DNA of 64,000 nt, taken from Lytechinus pictus (lineage: Eukaryota). The DNA lies in assembly GCF_037042905.1 (NCBI RefSeq), contig NC_087245.1, positions 6,698,001 to 6,762,000 on the forward strand. Direction: 5' to 3'. Shown one piece after another: positions 53,401 to 64,000 of this stretch. The translations under genes and the position numbers were made by a program. The notes beneath the pieces were generated by a model. It was not told where the DNA came from. It made no database searches and saw nothing but the letters and a program-made list of their open reading frames with translations. Within the stretch, counting starts at the first letter, position 1; each line of letters begins with the position of its first letter.

Positions 53401-56400
53401 TTCAGTGGAGAATATCACATAGTCATTGATAAAGATGTACAGCCTGTCATACACCCTGCAAGGAGATGTCCAATACATATCAAAGATGAGATAAAACAAG
53501 AATTGGACGAGATGGAAAAACTAGATGTGATAGAGCCTGTTTTCGATCCAACAGATTGGGTATCTAGTTTGGTTTATGCCCAGAAACCAAATGGACGTTG
53601 GCGTGTATGTCTGGATCCCAAAGACCTCAACAAGGCAATCAAGCGAGCGCATACCACAATTCCTAACCTAGAGGAGATAAAACACAAGTTTGCAGGAGCT
53701 CAGGTATTTTCAACGCTCGATGCCAAGCACGGATACTGGTCAATAAAGCTGGATGATGAATCAAGTACCCTTACTACCTTTAACAGTCCATTCGGCAGGT
53801 ACAAATTCAAAAGACTTCCGTTTGGATTGTCTGTATCCCAGGATATATTCCAACAGAAGATGGACCAGATACTAGAGAAATGTCCGGGGGTAATAGGCCT
53901 AGCTGATGACGTCGCCGTCATTGGAGCAAACTCAGAAGAGCACGACCAGAATCTACACCATCTCATGCAAGTAGCAAGGGAACATGGTCTAGTATTCAAC
54001 ATAGAGAAGTGTAGAATCAAGAAGGACCAGATCCGATTCTTTGGATTGATTTTTGACAAGGATGGTGTTCACCCAGACCCTCGGAAGACTGCAGCCATTG
54101 ATGCCATCAAGGCACCAGCAAGTACGAAGCAGTTACAAGAGTTCCTCGGAATAGTGACCTACATGTCTCCATTTATCCCCAACCTTGCAACACAAACAGC
54201 TCCACTTAGAGAGTTGATGAAGAAGGATGCAATCTTTGCATGGACAGCATCGCATCAACAGGCATTCGAGTCCATCAAGAAGCTGATCAGTGATGAAGTT
54301 ACCCTAGCGTACTTCAATCCTGAGGAAGATGTGGTGATCGAAGTTGACGCTTCATCTAGAGGACTCGGGGCTGCCTTGACACAGAAAGGCAGACCTATAG
54401 CCTTTGCATCAAAGTCACTGACTGACACAGAGAGAAGGTACGCCAACATCGAGAGGGAAATGCTCGCTGTGATATTCGCTTGCGAGAAATTCCATACATT
54501 CGTGTATGGCAAGCCATTCAAGATTCTTTCTGACCACAAGCCACTTGAGATGATTCATCTAAAGAACCTCGGAGCAGCTCCCCCAAGGTTACAGAGGATG
54601 CTTCTACGCCTTCAAGGTTACGATGTAGTCATCAAATACAAGCCTGGACGTGAGATGTTGTTATCAGACGCAATGTCCAGACTCAATCCCCTACCAGGTC
54701 CGACTATAGAAACACCAGTGCGCATCAATCATGTCATGTTTTCTGAAGAGAAAATTCAGCAAGTTCGAAATGCAACTGCCCAAGATGATGAGTTATGCGC
54801 ATTGAGAGATGTCATCCTTCAAGGTTGGCCTGGAGATCGACGTGATGTAGCACAACCACTGAGAAAGTACTGGGCATACCGAGATGAATTGTCCATTGAA
54901 GATGGTGTGTTGCTCAAGGGGTCAAGAGTGTTCATTCCAAAAGCCATAACACAAGAGTTTCTAGACAAACTACACGATGCACATCAAGGAGTGATAAAAA
55001 GCCAGCTACTAGCCAAAAATTCCATCTACTGGCATGGCATAAATTCACACATTGAAGAAAGAGTGAAGTCATGTCCAATATGCCAGGAATATGGAAAGTC
55101 ACAAACACCAGAACCACTGCATCCTCATGACATCCCGACAAGACCTTGGCAAGTCATCGCAACCGATCTATTTCACCTGGATGGGAAGGAGTATCTGTTG
55201 GTTGCGGACGTCTACTCCAAGTTTCCGATCGTGAAGAAACTCCAGCATACAACAAGTGCCAATATCATCAGTTTGATCAAAGAAATATTTTCAGAACAAG
55301 GCACACCTGAAAAGTTATTGAGTGACAATGGCCCACAATACAGTAGCGCACAGTTCAAGACCTTCGCTGAAGAATGGAGGTTCACTCACATAACCTCAAG
55401 TCCAAGATACCCCCAGTCCAACGGTTACATTGAACGACAGGTCAAGACCATCAAGACGACAATGATGAAAGCAAAGCAAGCCAAGCAGGACATCAACAAA
55501 GCCTTACAATACTTGCGAGCCACTCCCATTGACCATCACCTACCATCACCAGCAGAAATACTGTTAGGCAGGAAGATACAATCAGATCTTCCAACTAGGA
55601 TCAGAAACCACGATCCTAACAGAGACGCTATCAAAGAACGCCTCCAAGCAAGACAAGATCAGCAGAAGACCTACTATGACAGGAACACACGTTCCCTTCC
55701 ACCACTACATCAGGGACAACAGGTTCGAGTGCAGAATCAGGAGAGCGGAAAATGGGAAAAAGGAACAATCCTTAACAAGAGACCTGAACCTAAATCTTAT
55801 GAAGTACGAACACCTAGTGGTCAAACTCTACGCCGCACCCGTAGGCATATCCGGGAAACCGGAGAAAAACATGAAACAGAACAGGTCATTCCACAGCCTG
55901 ATCATGACAGTACTGATGCAAGTAGTGATACACTCAATTCACAAAAGTTCAGTGACAAACAAACTCAAGACACACATGTCAGAAAAAATGGCAGACAATC
56001 CCAGAACACATATATCACTAGATCAGGTCGTCATGTGCACAGACCTGAACGTTTTGACCCTTAAGTGTATTATATGTAAATATGTTTAGGCACGCAAAGT
56101 TAAAAGTGCTAAAAGCTTGTTAAATATTATTAATATGTACGATGATTCAGATAACTAAGAACTGGAAATTTTTTTTCCAAACAATTTACGTTAAAATTTA
56201 TATGTGGATTGATGCACTACAAAGCAAAACAAGTGTGTTTTAAAGAACAATCATCGTCATCATCATCATCATCTTTTTCATCATTATGATAATAAAAGTA
56301 ATCATCATCATCATTATCATAATTATAATAATCATCATTATTTTCCGCCTCCTCCCCCTTCTCTTCATCATCGTTACCACATCAGTATCCTCTATCATTA

Positions 56401-58975
56401 TCACCACTCCCATGAATATCATCATCATCGTCGTCGCTTTCATCTTCGTCAACATCATCAAGCTATACAATTACCTAAAATGAAAATAAAGTTATACAAT
56501 ATGCAAAGATTTAATTACAAAACGAAACATATGATGTATCATTTTGAATATCTTATTTACAGGTGTCATGGTAATGACGCAACACTTTCTTGGATCAATC
56601 GTCAGCGGCGCTTTAATCAAGAAATTTGATTTAAAGTTTGAAGGCCTTCTGAAACTTAGTATCTGCTCAATATTCTGCTCTCTATTAATGGGCCTATCAT
56701 TTCTCATGCATTGTCCTAATCCACCATTGGCAGGGATCACAGTGGAATATCAAACGTAAGTAAAGTCATCAAATATTCTATATTAACCCAATGACGCCCG
56801 GTTGCTGCAATGATACTTCCATTATTTTTCAATTTTCCACTGTATGTAGACGTACTATAATCCAAGCAGTGAATAATATATAACATCATCATGTTATAAA
56901 TCGCATTTTATTGGCATGATAGAACACTCAAACACGTATCAAGTTTTGCTCTTATTTACTTATGTCCTTTTTTGGTTAAAGGCAATCTGAATTTTAGCAC
57001 ACTAAACTTAATTTCCCGACGTTTCACGTCGACAATTATAATTTAAAGCTGCGATTCATAGATGGCTATTTTAGTCTAAAGACTGACCTACGGATAGAGA
57101 AGAAGTTTGATGTAATCAGCAAGCACGGTTTCTTATATGCTGTTGGCGGCCCATTACTATTTGATCAACATTTCGAATTAAATTCATTGCAGTTTTATAT
57201 TACATGTTTCATTCTTGCTTCTCCTAGATCGATACCGATATCTAGTGATGAGATATCACTAATCTCACCATGTAACTCTCGTTGTACATGTCCTGAATAC
57301 TTTGAACCTGTATGCGGGGAAGACAGTGTCATGTACTTCTCTCCTTGCCATGCTGGATGCACCGAAGATGAATACGTAGATGATGACGGTACAAAGGTGA
57401 GTGATGCTTCATGCGTCATCAGCTAATGTACTGACACAGCATTTAACGCCATATACACTGAAGAAATTATCATAATATTATACACTAAAACTTGAAGATA
57501 CTCTTCGAAATCATGTTCAGAATTGTAAAGCGGTAACTTCTAAACATTGTGTCAAAGATCTGAAGGTCGCTATCTCGTCAGAAATTGATGGTGCATTATC
57601 ATATTATATTTTCTGCAGTATATTAAATTAAATTTGTTTTCATTACGCCAGATATACACCGATTGTCGATGCATAGTGCTTAATAATGATACGTTCATAT
57701 CTACCTATGATGACGTCACAACGGATAGAAGAGATCTATACGGAGGTGTTAAACCAGGGCGCTGCCAAACCTCATGTAATTTACAATGGCTTTTCCTCGC
57801 GTTACTATGGTTTTTTGCATTCTTTGGGACCATGACGTCTATTCCTGCTTGGATTGCAACAATGAGGTAACTTAGACATTGTGTACTTGATAAGTTCTAA
57901 TCGCTGATGTGGTTTACGGTACACCATGTGAAGTGTTATGGAAACAGTGGATAGAAGAAGAGAAGAAATGGATAGGCGAGAAAGTGGAGATTTGAGAGTA
58001 GAGTATTCTTTCTTGAAAGTAGTCCTGAAAAGGACTGTAAACCAGGAAAGATTGATGAGTTGAGAACAGCTTGAGTAGTAGAGCTAATGAGGAGATGCTG
58101 GCTTGAGTCGGCGAGTAGAGATGATGAGTAGTAGAGAGACTCGACGTTTCGGGAGTGAAGACGGACAGTCAACCTGCCCGAAACGTCGAGTCTCTCTACT
58201 ACTCATCATCTCTACTCGCCGACTCAAGCCAGCATCTCCTCATTAGCTCTACTACTCAAGCTGTTCTCAACTCATCAATCTTTCCTGGTTTACAGTCCTT
58301 TTCAGGACTACTTTCAAGAAAGAATACTCTACTCTCAAATCTCCACTTTCTCGCCTATCCATTTCTTCTCTTCTTCTATCCACTGTTTCCATAACACTTC
58401 GCATGGTGTACCGTAAACCACATCAGCGATTGTACATACCACCATGCAAACCTTCAAACAACATTTGATAAGTTCTCTCTCAAAATACTGTAAAAGCTGT
58501 TTATGGAAGTATAATTTCATTTAAAAAAAAGGGATTGTAACCAAGGTTCCATCACCTGTAATGCTAAATCAATCATTTATTTTTGTTTATGGAACTGCGT
58601 CTCAGATTCAAATTCATATTGAAATACCGTTGCAGAATATGAGAGGAGGCACAAACAACTAATGCTCATTTGCTCTGTATGCAATTCGAACATAATTATC
58701 ATTAAAAAAACATACATAACCTAAAATGATATCTAAATAACAGGTATTCATGATTACATTTTATTTCATTCACTCTAGGTCTGTCTCCTATTCACAGAGA
58801 GCTTTCGCCCTAGGTGTACAGAGTGTGTTCTATGGTGGTTTAGGTGAGTTACAAGGATCATGAACAAGTATACATGTTTCTACATAATTTGTTTTATTAG
58901 CCATAATCATATACGATCAGTGGCGTACCTATAATTTTCCACAGGGGGGCAAATTCGTCCGCCAAAAAATTGACA

Positions 58976-59006
<31 letters not shown>

Positions 59007-59855
59007 GGTCTTCAACAACCACAAATAAAGGATTTCGTACCAGAAAAAAATTTGACCGTGACAAGCAAAAAAAGGTCTTCAAGACTCGTCAGGTGGGCAG
59101 GGATATGTCCCTTGCATGGGTTGTGACTCGTCGGGGGGGGGGCAGTCTGCCCCCCCCCCCGTAGGTACGCTAGTGTATATACAATTAAATTTTGGAATGG
59201 GATACAGATACAAAGTTTCAGTATGAAGATACGTCCTTCGCGGCTTTGATATACCTTACAGGTGACTTGTTTTGAAAACTAATAGATGTTTAACGTTTGG
59301 GTGTATTGCTGGGCGAGCGTTGTACCATCCAACTGTCAGGAATCTTTCTCAATTCTCTTTCTGAATGGAAAATGTTCTATGCACCCTGCTTCTCTATACA
59401 TGAATCTAACTCTGAAATGCCTTGTAATGAACCAGACGAATCGAACTAATGATACAAAGGGTGTTTGTATTATGTGGAGTGAAAATTAATATTTGTGTAT
59501 CATGGAAAGGTTCATTTATACTTATTATTACTTTGTTGTATGTTCTTTATTTCTTCTCTCTTTTTCATCTAACAACGCAGGTACTGTTCCAGCACCCATC
59601 GTATTCGGATTGATAATTGATCAGGCATGTATTAAATGGGACGAGTCAAACTGCAGTGGGTCCGGGGCCTGTCTAGTCTACGATAATCAAGCATTCTCCA
59701 AATATTTCCTCATCCTTGCCTTGTGTTTTAAATCAGCCTCGTTATGTTTATTGTTGCTCTCTCGATCGTGCTACACCCCTACTGAGGAGAAGCTTGATGC
59801 CAGAGATGTGTACGCCGGGCGGTCGAGACCACGGTTTCCCACAACAGAACTTTAA
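44487..59855 (+). CDS. SLCO: SLCO/OATP transporter paralog C (SLCO4-like), about 778 aa; exons 44487-44855, 45902-46092, 46825-47051, 48648-48803, 49510-49609, 50105-50226, 50552-50806, 56563-56755, 57228-57396, 57652-57866, 58779-58843, 59581-59855
   Basis: GT-AG, phase-consistent, total 2337 nt; five exon lengths identical to paralog B (156, 100, 122, 255, 193); motifs CGWG, TTIEKRF, HKPRWVG, DNPLWVGAWWLGFL, Kazal-like FEPVCGEDSVMYFSPCHAGC, PAPIVFGLIIDQACIKW. Confidence 0.92.
46145..46386. mobile_element. hAT-like MITE, same family as 37662-38096
   Basis: CAGTGGCGTACCC...GGGTACGCTAATG; 8-bp TSD GCTCAAGG. Confidence 0.8.
47556..47985. mobile_element. Harbinger-like MITE
   Basis: TIR AGCCCCCATCACACTTATTC / GAATAAGTGTGATGGGTGCT; TAA on both flanks. 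Confidence 0.75.
50847..51018 (+). repeat. 5' LTR (172 bp)
   Basis: Starts TGTAATGAG, ends TCACAACA, has AATAAA at 50931 and is immediately followed by the PBS. Confidence 0.75.
51019..51032 (+). promoter_or_regulatory. Primer binding site, tRNA-Leu
   Basis: TGGTGGCAGCGGTG is complementary to the 3' end of eukaryotic tRNA-Leu (...CACCGCTGCCA-CCA, from recall). Confidence 0.75.
52045..56064 (+). CDS. Gag-pol polyprotein (gag zinc knuckles, protease, RT, RNase H, integrase), 1339 aa
   Basis: CQNCGRSH..CPAYG..CRGCGGQNHW; VDTGA; RVCLDPKDLN, LDAKHGYW, RLPFG, LADD; VDASSRGLGA, YANIERE, DHKPL; HDAH..CPIC, ATDLF, SDNGPQY, SNGYIER; PR-RT-RH-IN order indicates Ty3/Gypsy. Confidence 0.97.
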   Translation: MGEMTGIIPPCMDWKSQDPPSSFQNFRQYCEVIFKGPLSKKSDEEKCNYTLLWLGQEGIQVYKSWAKEFKTPDEIFEAFSKHFEPKSNFRVSRFNLQKFRQDQHETVDDFVARCKLQARKCKFTDAEMEERLIEQLIIGTKHVKVQERLLGKDETLKLDAALDTARTHEATESHMSMMKAVGNPKMNMDAVRKKTHTESKWQKKCQNCGRSHPSKQCPAYGTQCRGCGGQNHWQKCCRKSSQGKKTTSGKSYQKKQQGEKYEMGPKKYQGRHSSKQVHEMQEDDYPEDEIEVCRFETITIDYIEKDEAFADIDIMLKPKKPAVLKVKVDTGAQGNLLPLRLYKLMYTDRVGKDGRPLPGMLKKSRTIVTGYGQKVIPLLGIHTITCMRGNKKIDARFYVVNADGPALGGLPLSLNLGLVKMNCEVKESSDCTITDKEQLRKLYPDRFEGIGQFSGEYHIVIDKDVQPVIHPARRCPIHIKDEIKQELDEMEKLDVIEPVFDPTDWVSSLVYAQKPNGRWRVCLDPKDLNKAIKRAHTTIPNLEEIKHKFAGAQVFSTLDAKHGYWSIKLDDESSTLTTFNSPFGRYKFKRLPFGLSVSQDIFQQKMDQILEKCPGVIGLADDVAVIGANSEEHDQNLHHLMQVAREHGLVFNIEKCRIKKDQIRFFGLIFDKDGVHPDPRKTAAIDAIKAPASTKQLQEFLGIVTYMSPFIPNLATQTAPLRELMKKDAIFAWTASHQQAFESIKKLISDEVTLAYFNPEEDVVIEVDASSRGLGAALTQKGRPIAFASKSLTDTERRYANIEREMLAVIFACEKFHTFVYGKPFKILSDHKPLEMIHLKNLGAAPPRLQRMLLRLQGYDVVIKYKPGREMLLSDAMSRLNPLPGPTIETPVRINHVMFSEEKIQQVRNATAQDDELCALRDVILQGWPGDRRDVAQPLRKYWAYRDELSIEDGVLLKGSRVFIPKAITQEFLDKLHDAHQGVIKSQLLAKNSIYWHGINSHIEERVKSCPICQEYGKSQTPEPLHPHDIPTRPWQVIATDLFHLDGKEYLLVADVYSKFPIVKKLQHTTSANIISLIKEIFSEQGTPEKLLSDNGPQYSSAQFKTFAEEWRFTHITSSPRYPQSNGYIERQVKTIKTTMMKAKQAKQDINKALQYLRATPIDHHLPSPAEILLGRKIQSDLPTRIRNHDPNRDAIKERLQARQDQQKTYYDRNTRSLPPLHQGQQVRVQNQESGKWEKGTILNKRPEPKSYEVRTPSGQTLRRTRRHIRETGEKHETEQVIPQPDHDSTDASSDTLNSQKFSDKQTQDTHVRKNGRQSQNTYITRSGRHVHRPERFDP
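57899..58431. repeat. 533-bp near-perfect palindrome (255-bp arms, 23-bp spacer) with a hammerhead-like core; probable inverted Penelope pLTR
   Basis: Arms 57899-58153 and 58177-58431 are reverse complements (mirror ORFs 57936-58172 and 58155-58394); centre reads tgaaga-c-ggacag-tcaac-ctgccc-gaaacgtc. Confidence 0.8.
58918..59175. mobile_element. hAT-like MITE, same family as 37662-38096
   Basis: CAGTGGCGTACC...GGTACGCTAGTG; TSD degenerate. Confidence 0.75.
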
Positions 59856-61096
59856 TGATGACTCAGAGGGACCTTATTCATTTTTCAGAAGAGACTTTTA
59901 GAGAAGATGGCCTGATTGATTCAGAGAAGTGGCCTCACAGACGCTTCTTTGTCATTTTTATTTTTGTTTTTTTATACAAGAGAAGAGATTGGAGAGTCGT
60001 TCTGATACTGAAACTGCTGTTAAAACGGACATTGCTGAAATTACTCGTCACATTTTGGCCCATGATGGCCTTACGGTATAATAAGATACATATCTTACAT
60101 GTCTTACAGTCTCTGGAGAGAGACGTGCGCTGACTGTGCAACTACCGTACGATTTCACGGCACCTACAGGGATCATATCCACTATGATTTTATCTCATAT
60201 TAGCGTTGGCAATATGAGTCTTTATAGCACATAACCCGTAGACTTTTCGTAAATGGCAGCACGTCGTTTCAGGCAGAGTTTTGATCACTGGGGTGCCCTA
60301 CGGAGACTGTTTGTTCAAACAGTATTTGGATAAAGAACCGGGTTTATAAAATAAACGTATATCGACATTGCATGTCACTGTTCGAACCCTATATCTACCA
60401 TCTGCCCATATATCGCACGATTCCTGAATTATACCGTACGATTCAATTATAGAGACACACCGCCTAACGACCTACCCTCTACAGCCTACAGTCAACGTAA
60501 AACGCATGTGTTCTTATTGTCTGCGAGTATCGCACTCGTAATTACACGGACTTACTTCGACCATGTCGACATTCACTGGCTATGCGAGGATTGCAACGAG
60601 ATCGTGTTTGGATTCTCCTCAGCAACTACTAGTACACATATATTTGAAATATATCATTCATAGATCGTACGGTTATTAGGCATATGCTACACGGAGGTCG
60701 TAAGGTTACCTTGCGATCTTCATACGAGTTGTTTATTTACAAATGTGTAGCTGATATCATCCTAGCAATATATATGCGATGTTGTGATCAAACTTCACGC
60801 TTATACAAAATCTAACAAAATAGGAGAGGCTATACGATGTCAGTAGGAACGCTTTAAAATAGTAGGATAGTCGAACAGCTAGAGTTTGTATACTTTCGGA
60901 TGTGGAAGATACGATTGGTTTACGGGCTCCTTACGGTCATCTTGGGCCAAATTTGAAATTAGCATAAAAATGTTGGGATTAATATGAGATAAACATGTAG
61001 ACAATATAATCTTTATTTGGTCGAGGAATGTAGCTAATAGTACCTTGTAGTAGTCTTCTTTTCTTTTGAAATTATTGGTCTAATAGTCTTTCAAAT

Positions 61097-61220
61097 AGAG
61101 GGACGTGGGCTCGAATACCAGGCAATGTATGTTTTCCATCAGCAATAAAATTTCCCATAGTGTGCTGCACTCAACCCATTTGAGATTAAATGGTACCCGG
61201 CAGGATTAATTCTTTGAATG
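61097..61220 (+). mobile_element. Probable SINE fragment
   Basis: B-box-like ggctcgaatacc followed by gtgctgcactcaaccca..aatggtacccggcagga. Confidence 0.45.
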
Positions 61221-61229
61221 CATCTTATT

Positions 61230-61668
61230 ATACGAAATATAAAACATTCTAATTTTCTCATCATTGTCAAGAAAAACAACTTTTAATTTCACTACGTATT
61301 GTATCTTGTTTTTTAAGAGATGTGAAATAAATGAATTTGAATTTTGAAATGGAACATGTGGAATAAGCATTGTTTAATATTACATGGTTTTGTCAAGTTG
61401 GTCCTTATTTTTAAATCTATAAAAAAAACACGAAATATTGTATAATTCAAACAATAAGAAACAAACGAAATAGTGAGTGAGGGACATCATTGACTGTTTA
61501 ATTTGCATGTCTTGTGCATCACCGTTTTGTGAAAAATAAGCGAAAATCTAATATATCATAACCTTCTTATTTTACATCCGATTTTGATGAAATTTTCAGC
61601 ATTTTGCTAGTTTTATTTTTCTCTATTTATTCAAATCAACATTTTTCTGGGGTGGACTTGACCTCTAA
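61230..61668. mobile_element. Partial TTAA/Kolobok-like MITE
   Basis: The 3' end ggggtggacttgacct and the body match 26790-27388. Confidence 0.6.
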
Positions 61669-64000
61669 GAAAATTTTTCAAATTAATGATACCTTAAACA
61701 TTTGGCCTGTTAAATAAAATGAGTCATTACACAATAACGTTAGCTAAGCAGGACACCCAAAACCATTTAAATACGTTGTCTTAGACTTCTAATTTCGAAA
61801 TGTAAATATGGTAGTCGAAAGGAATCGAATTCGCAATGATGCATTTGCGAGCAATGTGATTGAATCGTTTTTTCCGTCATACTTCACTTGTTAACTTTGC
61901 TTGTGGTTTGACCATGGACCTACTATAGTAGGTCAATGGTTTGACTTAGAAACCGGATGGAATGTATATAGGCGTAGCATCTATATCGCCCGATGCGAGA
62001 GTAACATTGCCAAATAATCAATGCAAACAATTATTATTGCAAGTGATAAGTGTCTTCTTTGATATTAAATGGCATTCGATTATTTTCATAATCTATAAAG
62101 GCTTTTCAAGCGTGAATAGGCATTTTGATTTAATGTAAGTCCTATTGCCATATGGACATTACATTACTGGTAAAACTGAAATCAATGATTCATGTTCAAT
62201 CTTGTCTGTTTTTCTTTGTTAACATTACTGAAATAGATAAAATAGAAATTGATCTACTAGTGCAAGTGTAGTATATTTGCTTGTACGACATTAATTTACT
62301 ATTTTATATCAGGGGCCGCGGAATGGTTTTCAAAGTGGGGGGGGGGGGGGGCTGACCATGCAAAAAATCACAATCCTATGGTCATTTTTACGTTTTTGTA
62401 CACGGTTTTGCTTCCGCGGCTCCTGTATATTTCATTTGCACTTTTATCTTGTTGTATACTTATTGAAAATGTCAATTGTGCAAATTTTATCATTTAATAT
62501 ATTTCTATTGTGCTACTGTAATTTCGCTTGCATTTGTTACTATAAAAATCCAAATGAAACATAATTATATCTTGCCGATGGCTACAGTTTTCTTTTTCAT
62601 TGCATAGTAGCAGTACAGGGCTCTCTCGAAAAGCAGTTTTTATGTACTGAAGAGACCACCCTGTCTCAAGAATACAGAAATAAATGATAAATAAATAGTA
62701 CATTATAATATGGTTCATTTTATATGGATGCCTTATTAGGCCCACGAATTGTAAAAAAAGGGGTGTATTGACTTTTCACCCGGAGTTTTCTTTAAAAAGG
62801 TTTTTTTTTCTCTCTCTCTCTCTCTCTGGACTCCTGAGAAAGTTAAAAATCTTTCCTTAGGTATAGAGGGTTCCCACAAATAATAAAAACCTGTGCATCA
62901 GACTATGAAAAGTCATTGTTTTCGTGGTTTTGCTATTGTTTTGTCCTCCACCATGACACCAGGGAACCTCTATTGTAATGACAGGCTACATGAGATGAGG
63001 GGGGGGGGGGGGAGGCTGTCTGTCCTGAGATAGGGGGGGGGGTACATTTAGCAGTGTTCCGGATTTAGGGGGGTCTCCAAGGCAGGAAAAGCCCGCGAAA
63101 GGGGGTTCAGAAATTTTGGCAGACATGGGGGGGGGGAATTATTCACGTAATTTTACAACAAATGAATGGCCTACTTTATGAAATGAAATGTTTGTAACAA
63201 TGCAATAATTCATATAGTATTCAAATAATTTTCAGCTCGTATTTCTTGTTGTGTATAACATAACATGACTGTGTACATATGCATACAGTTCTTTGTTCTA
63301 ATAAACTTGTAGAAACTGTGTTATATTACATTTCATATGGTATTTTATTTATGTTTTCAATAATTTTGTCACTCTCTTTTCTCAGTCTCTTCTCTATTTT
63401 TCTTCAATTCGGTCATATATTCATGTTTTTTAGTTCAATATCAATTTTGCTTGTACATTAAACATATCTGATATTTTCATGGCGAATTTTACGAGAACAT
63501 AGTCATTGACTAGAGATAGATATATCCGTTGCACTCGGATGACTTCCAATCCGATTATTGTAACTCATTCGAATAAAAACGAGCTGGTCCCTTTAATTAC
63601 GCCCCTCTCAGGGTGAAACGAGAGACCAGGCCGTTTCGTGAGATTTGAATCTTTAAAGAGTGGTTTTTAGCTCTTTTTAGTGAAAGTGTCTAAAAAAGAA
63701 AAAAAAATCGCAGTTCACTCCATATGGAGTTATAATGCAAAGTTTACTTCCAAAGTAGGCCTATTGTCCATATTCCTAGCATGCCTAGAGGAGTGTCATT
63801 ATGGACATCTATAGCTGTTTTGTATTTAGATCGTATAAAGTGTATTTTGTAGTAGCATGTTCAAATATTCAAGATTGAAAACTTACTTCTCATAGCGAAT
63901 GTAAACTTAGTCAGAAAATTCCTTGATGTGACACAGCGAAATTATGTTAGTGAATTGATATCAATTATTCCATAAATAATAGATGCAAATTCAATTATAT

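Larger units (their letters stand above)
50847..56249 (+). mobile_element. Ty3/Gypsy (Mag/SURL-like) LTR retrotransposon in intron 7 of paralog C
   Basis: 5' LTR TG...CA at 50847-51018, PBS, gag-pol ORF, putative 5-bp TSD ATCAT (50842-50846 and 56250-56254); inserted in an (ATC)n microsatellite. Confidence 0.9.

Noticed and set aside
52492..56089. Alternative-frame and antisense ORFs within gag-pol, including a possible env-like ORF at 55676-56089
   Set aside because: Shadow ORFs with no signal peptide, TM segment or recognisable motif.
56240..56483. Poly-Ile/Met ORFs (also 10587-10892 and 3675-3990)
   Set aside because: Translations of (ATC)n/(ATT)n microsatellites.
57936..58394. Twin 78-79-aa ORFs
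   Set aside because: Mirror products of the 533-bp palindrome.
60140..60960. Region with recurring accgtacgatt-like motifs
   Set aside because: Probably a decayed DNA transposon, but I could not define termini or a TSD.

Overview
AT-rich, intron-rich eukaryotic DNA; the repeat families suggest a sea urchin or other echinoderm, but that is inference. Genes: a tandem + strand cluster of three SLCO/OATP (SLCO4-like) organic-anion transporters, comprising the last three exons of paralog A (565-2883), complete paralog B (15596-30343, 11 exons, about 726 aa) and complete paralog C (44487-59855, 12 exons, about 778 aa). A minus-strand GEMIN7 (13122-13412) lies head-to-head with paralog B. Mobile DNA: a Mag-like Ty3/Gypsy element in an intron of paralog C with an intact 1339-aa gag-pol, 5' LTR and tRNA-Leu PBS but almost no 3' LTR; a 3.9-kb spacerless foldback palindrome with a 6-bp TSD; nested micro-MITEs; Helentron-like tandem-repeat carriers; hAT, Harbinger and TTAA MITEs; LINE/SINE relics; and two Penelope-type hammerhead-like motifs. 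Most notable: paralogs B and C have both lost the conserved TM2 acidic residue and the TM11 arginine of OATPs. Exon boundaries were read by eye and checked for GT-AG and phase consistency; no database searches were run.
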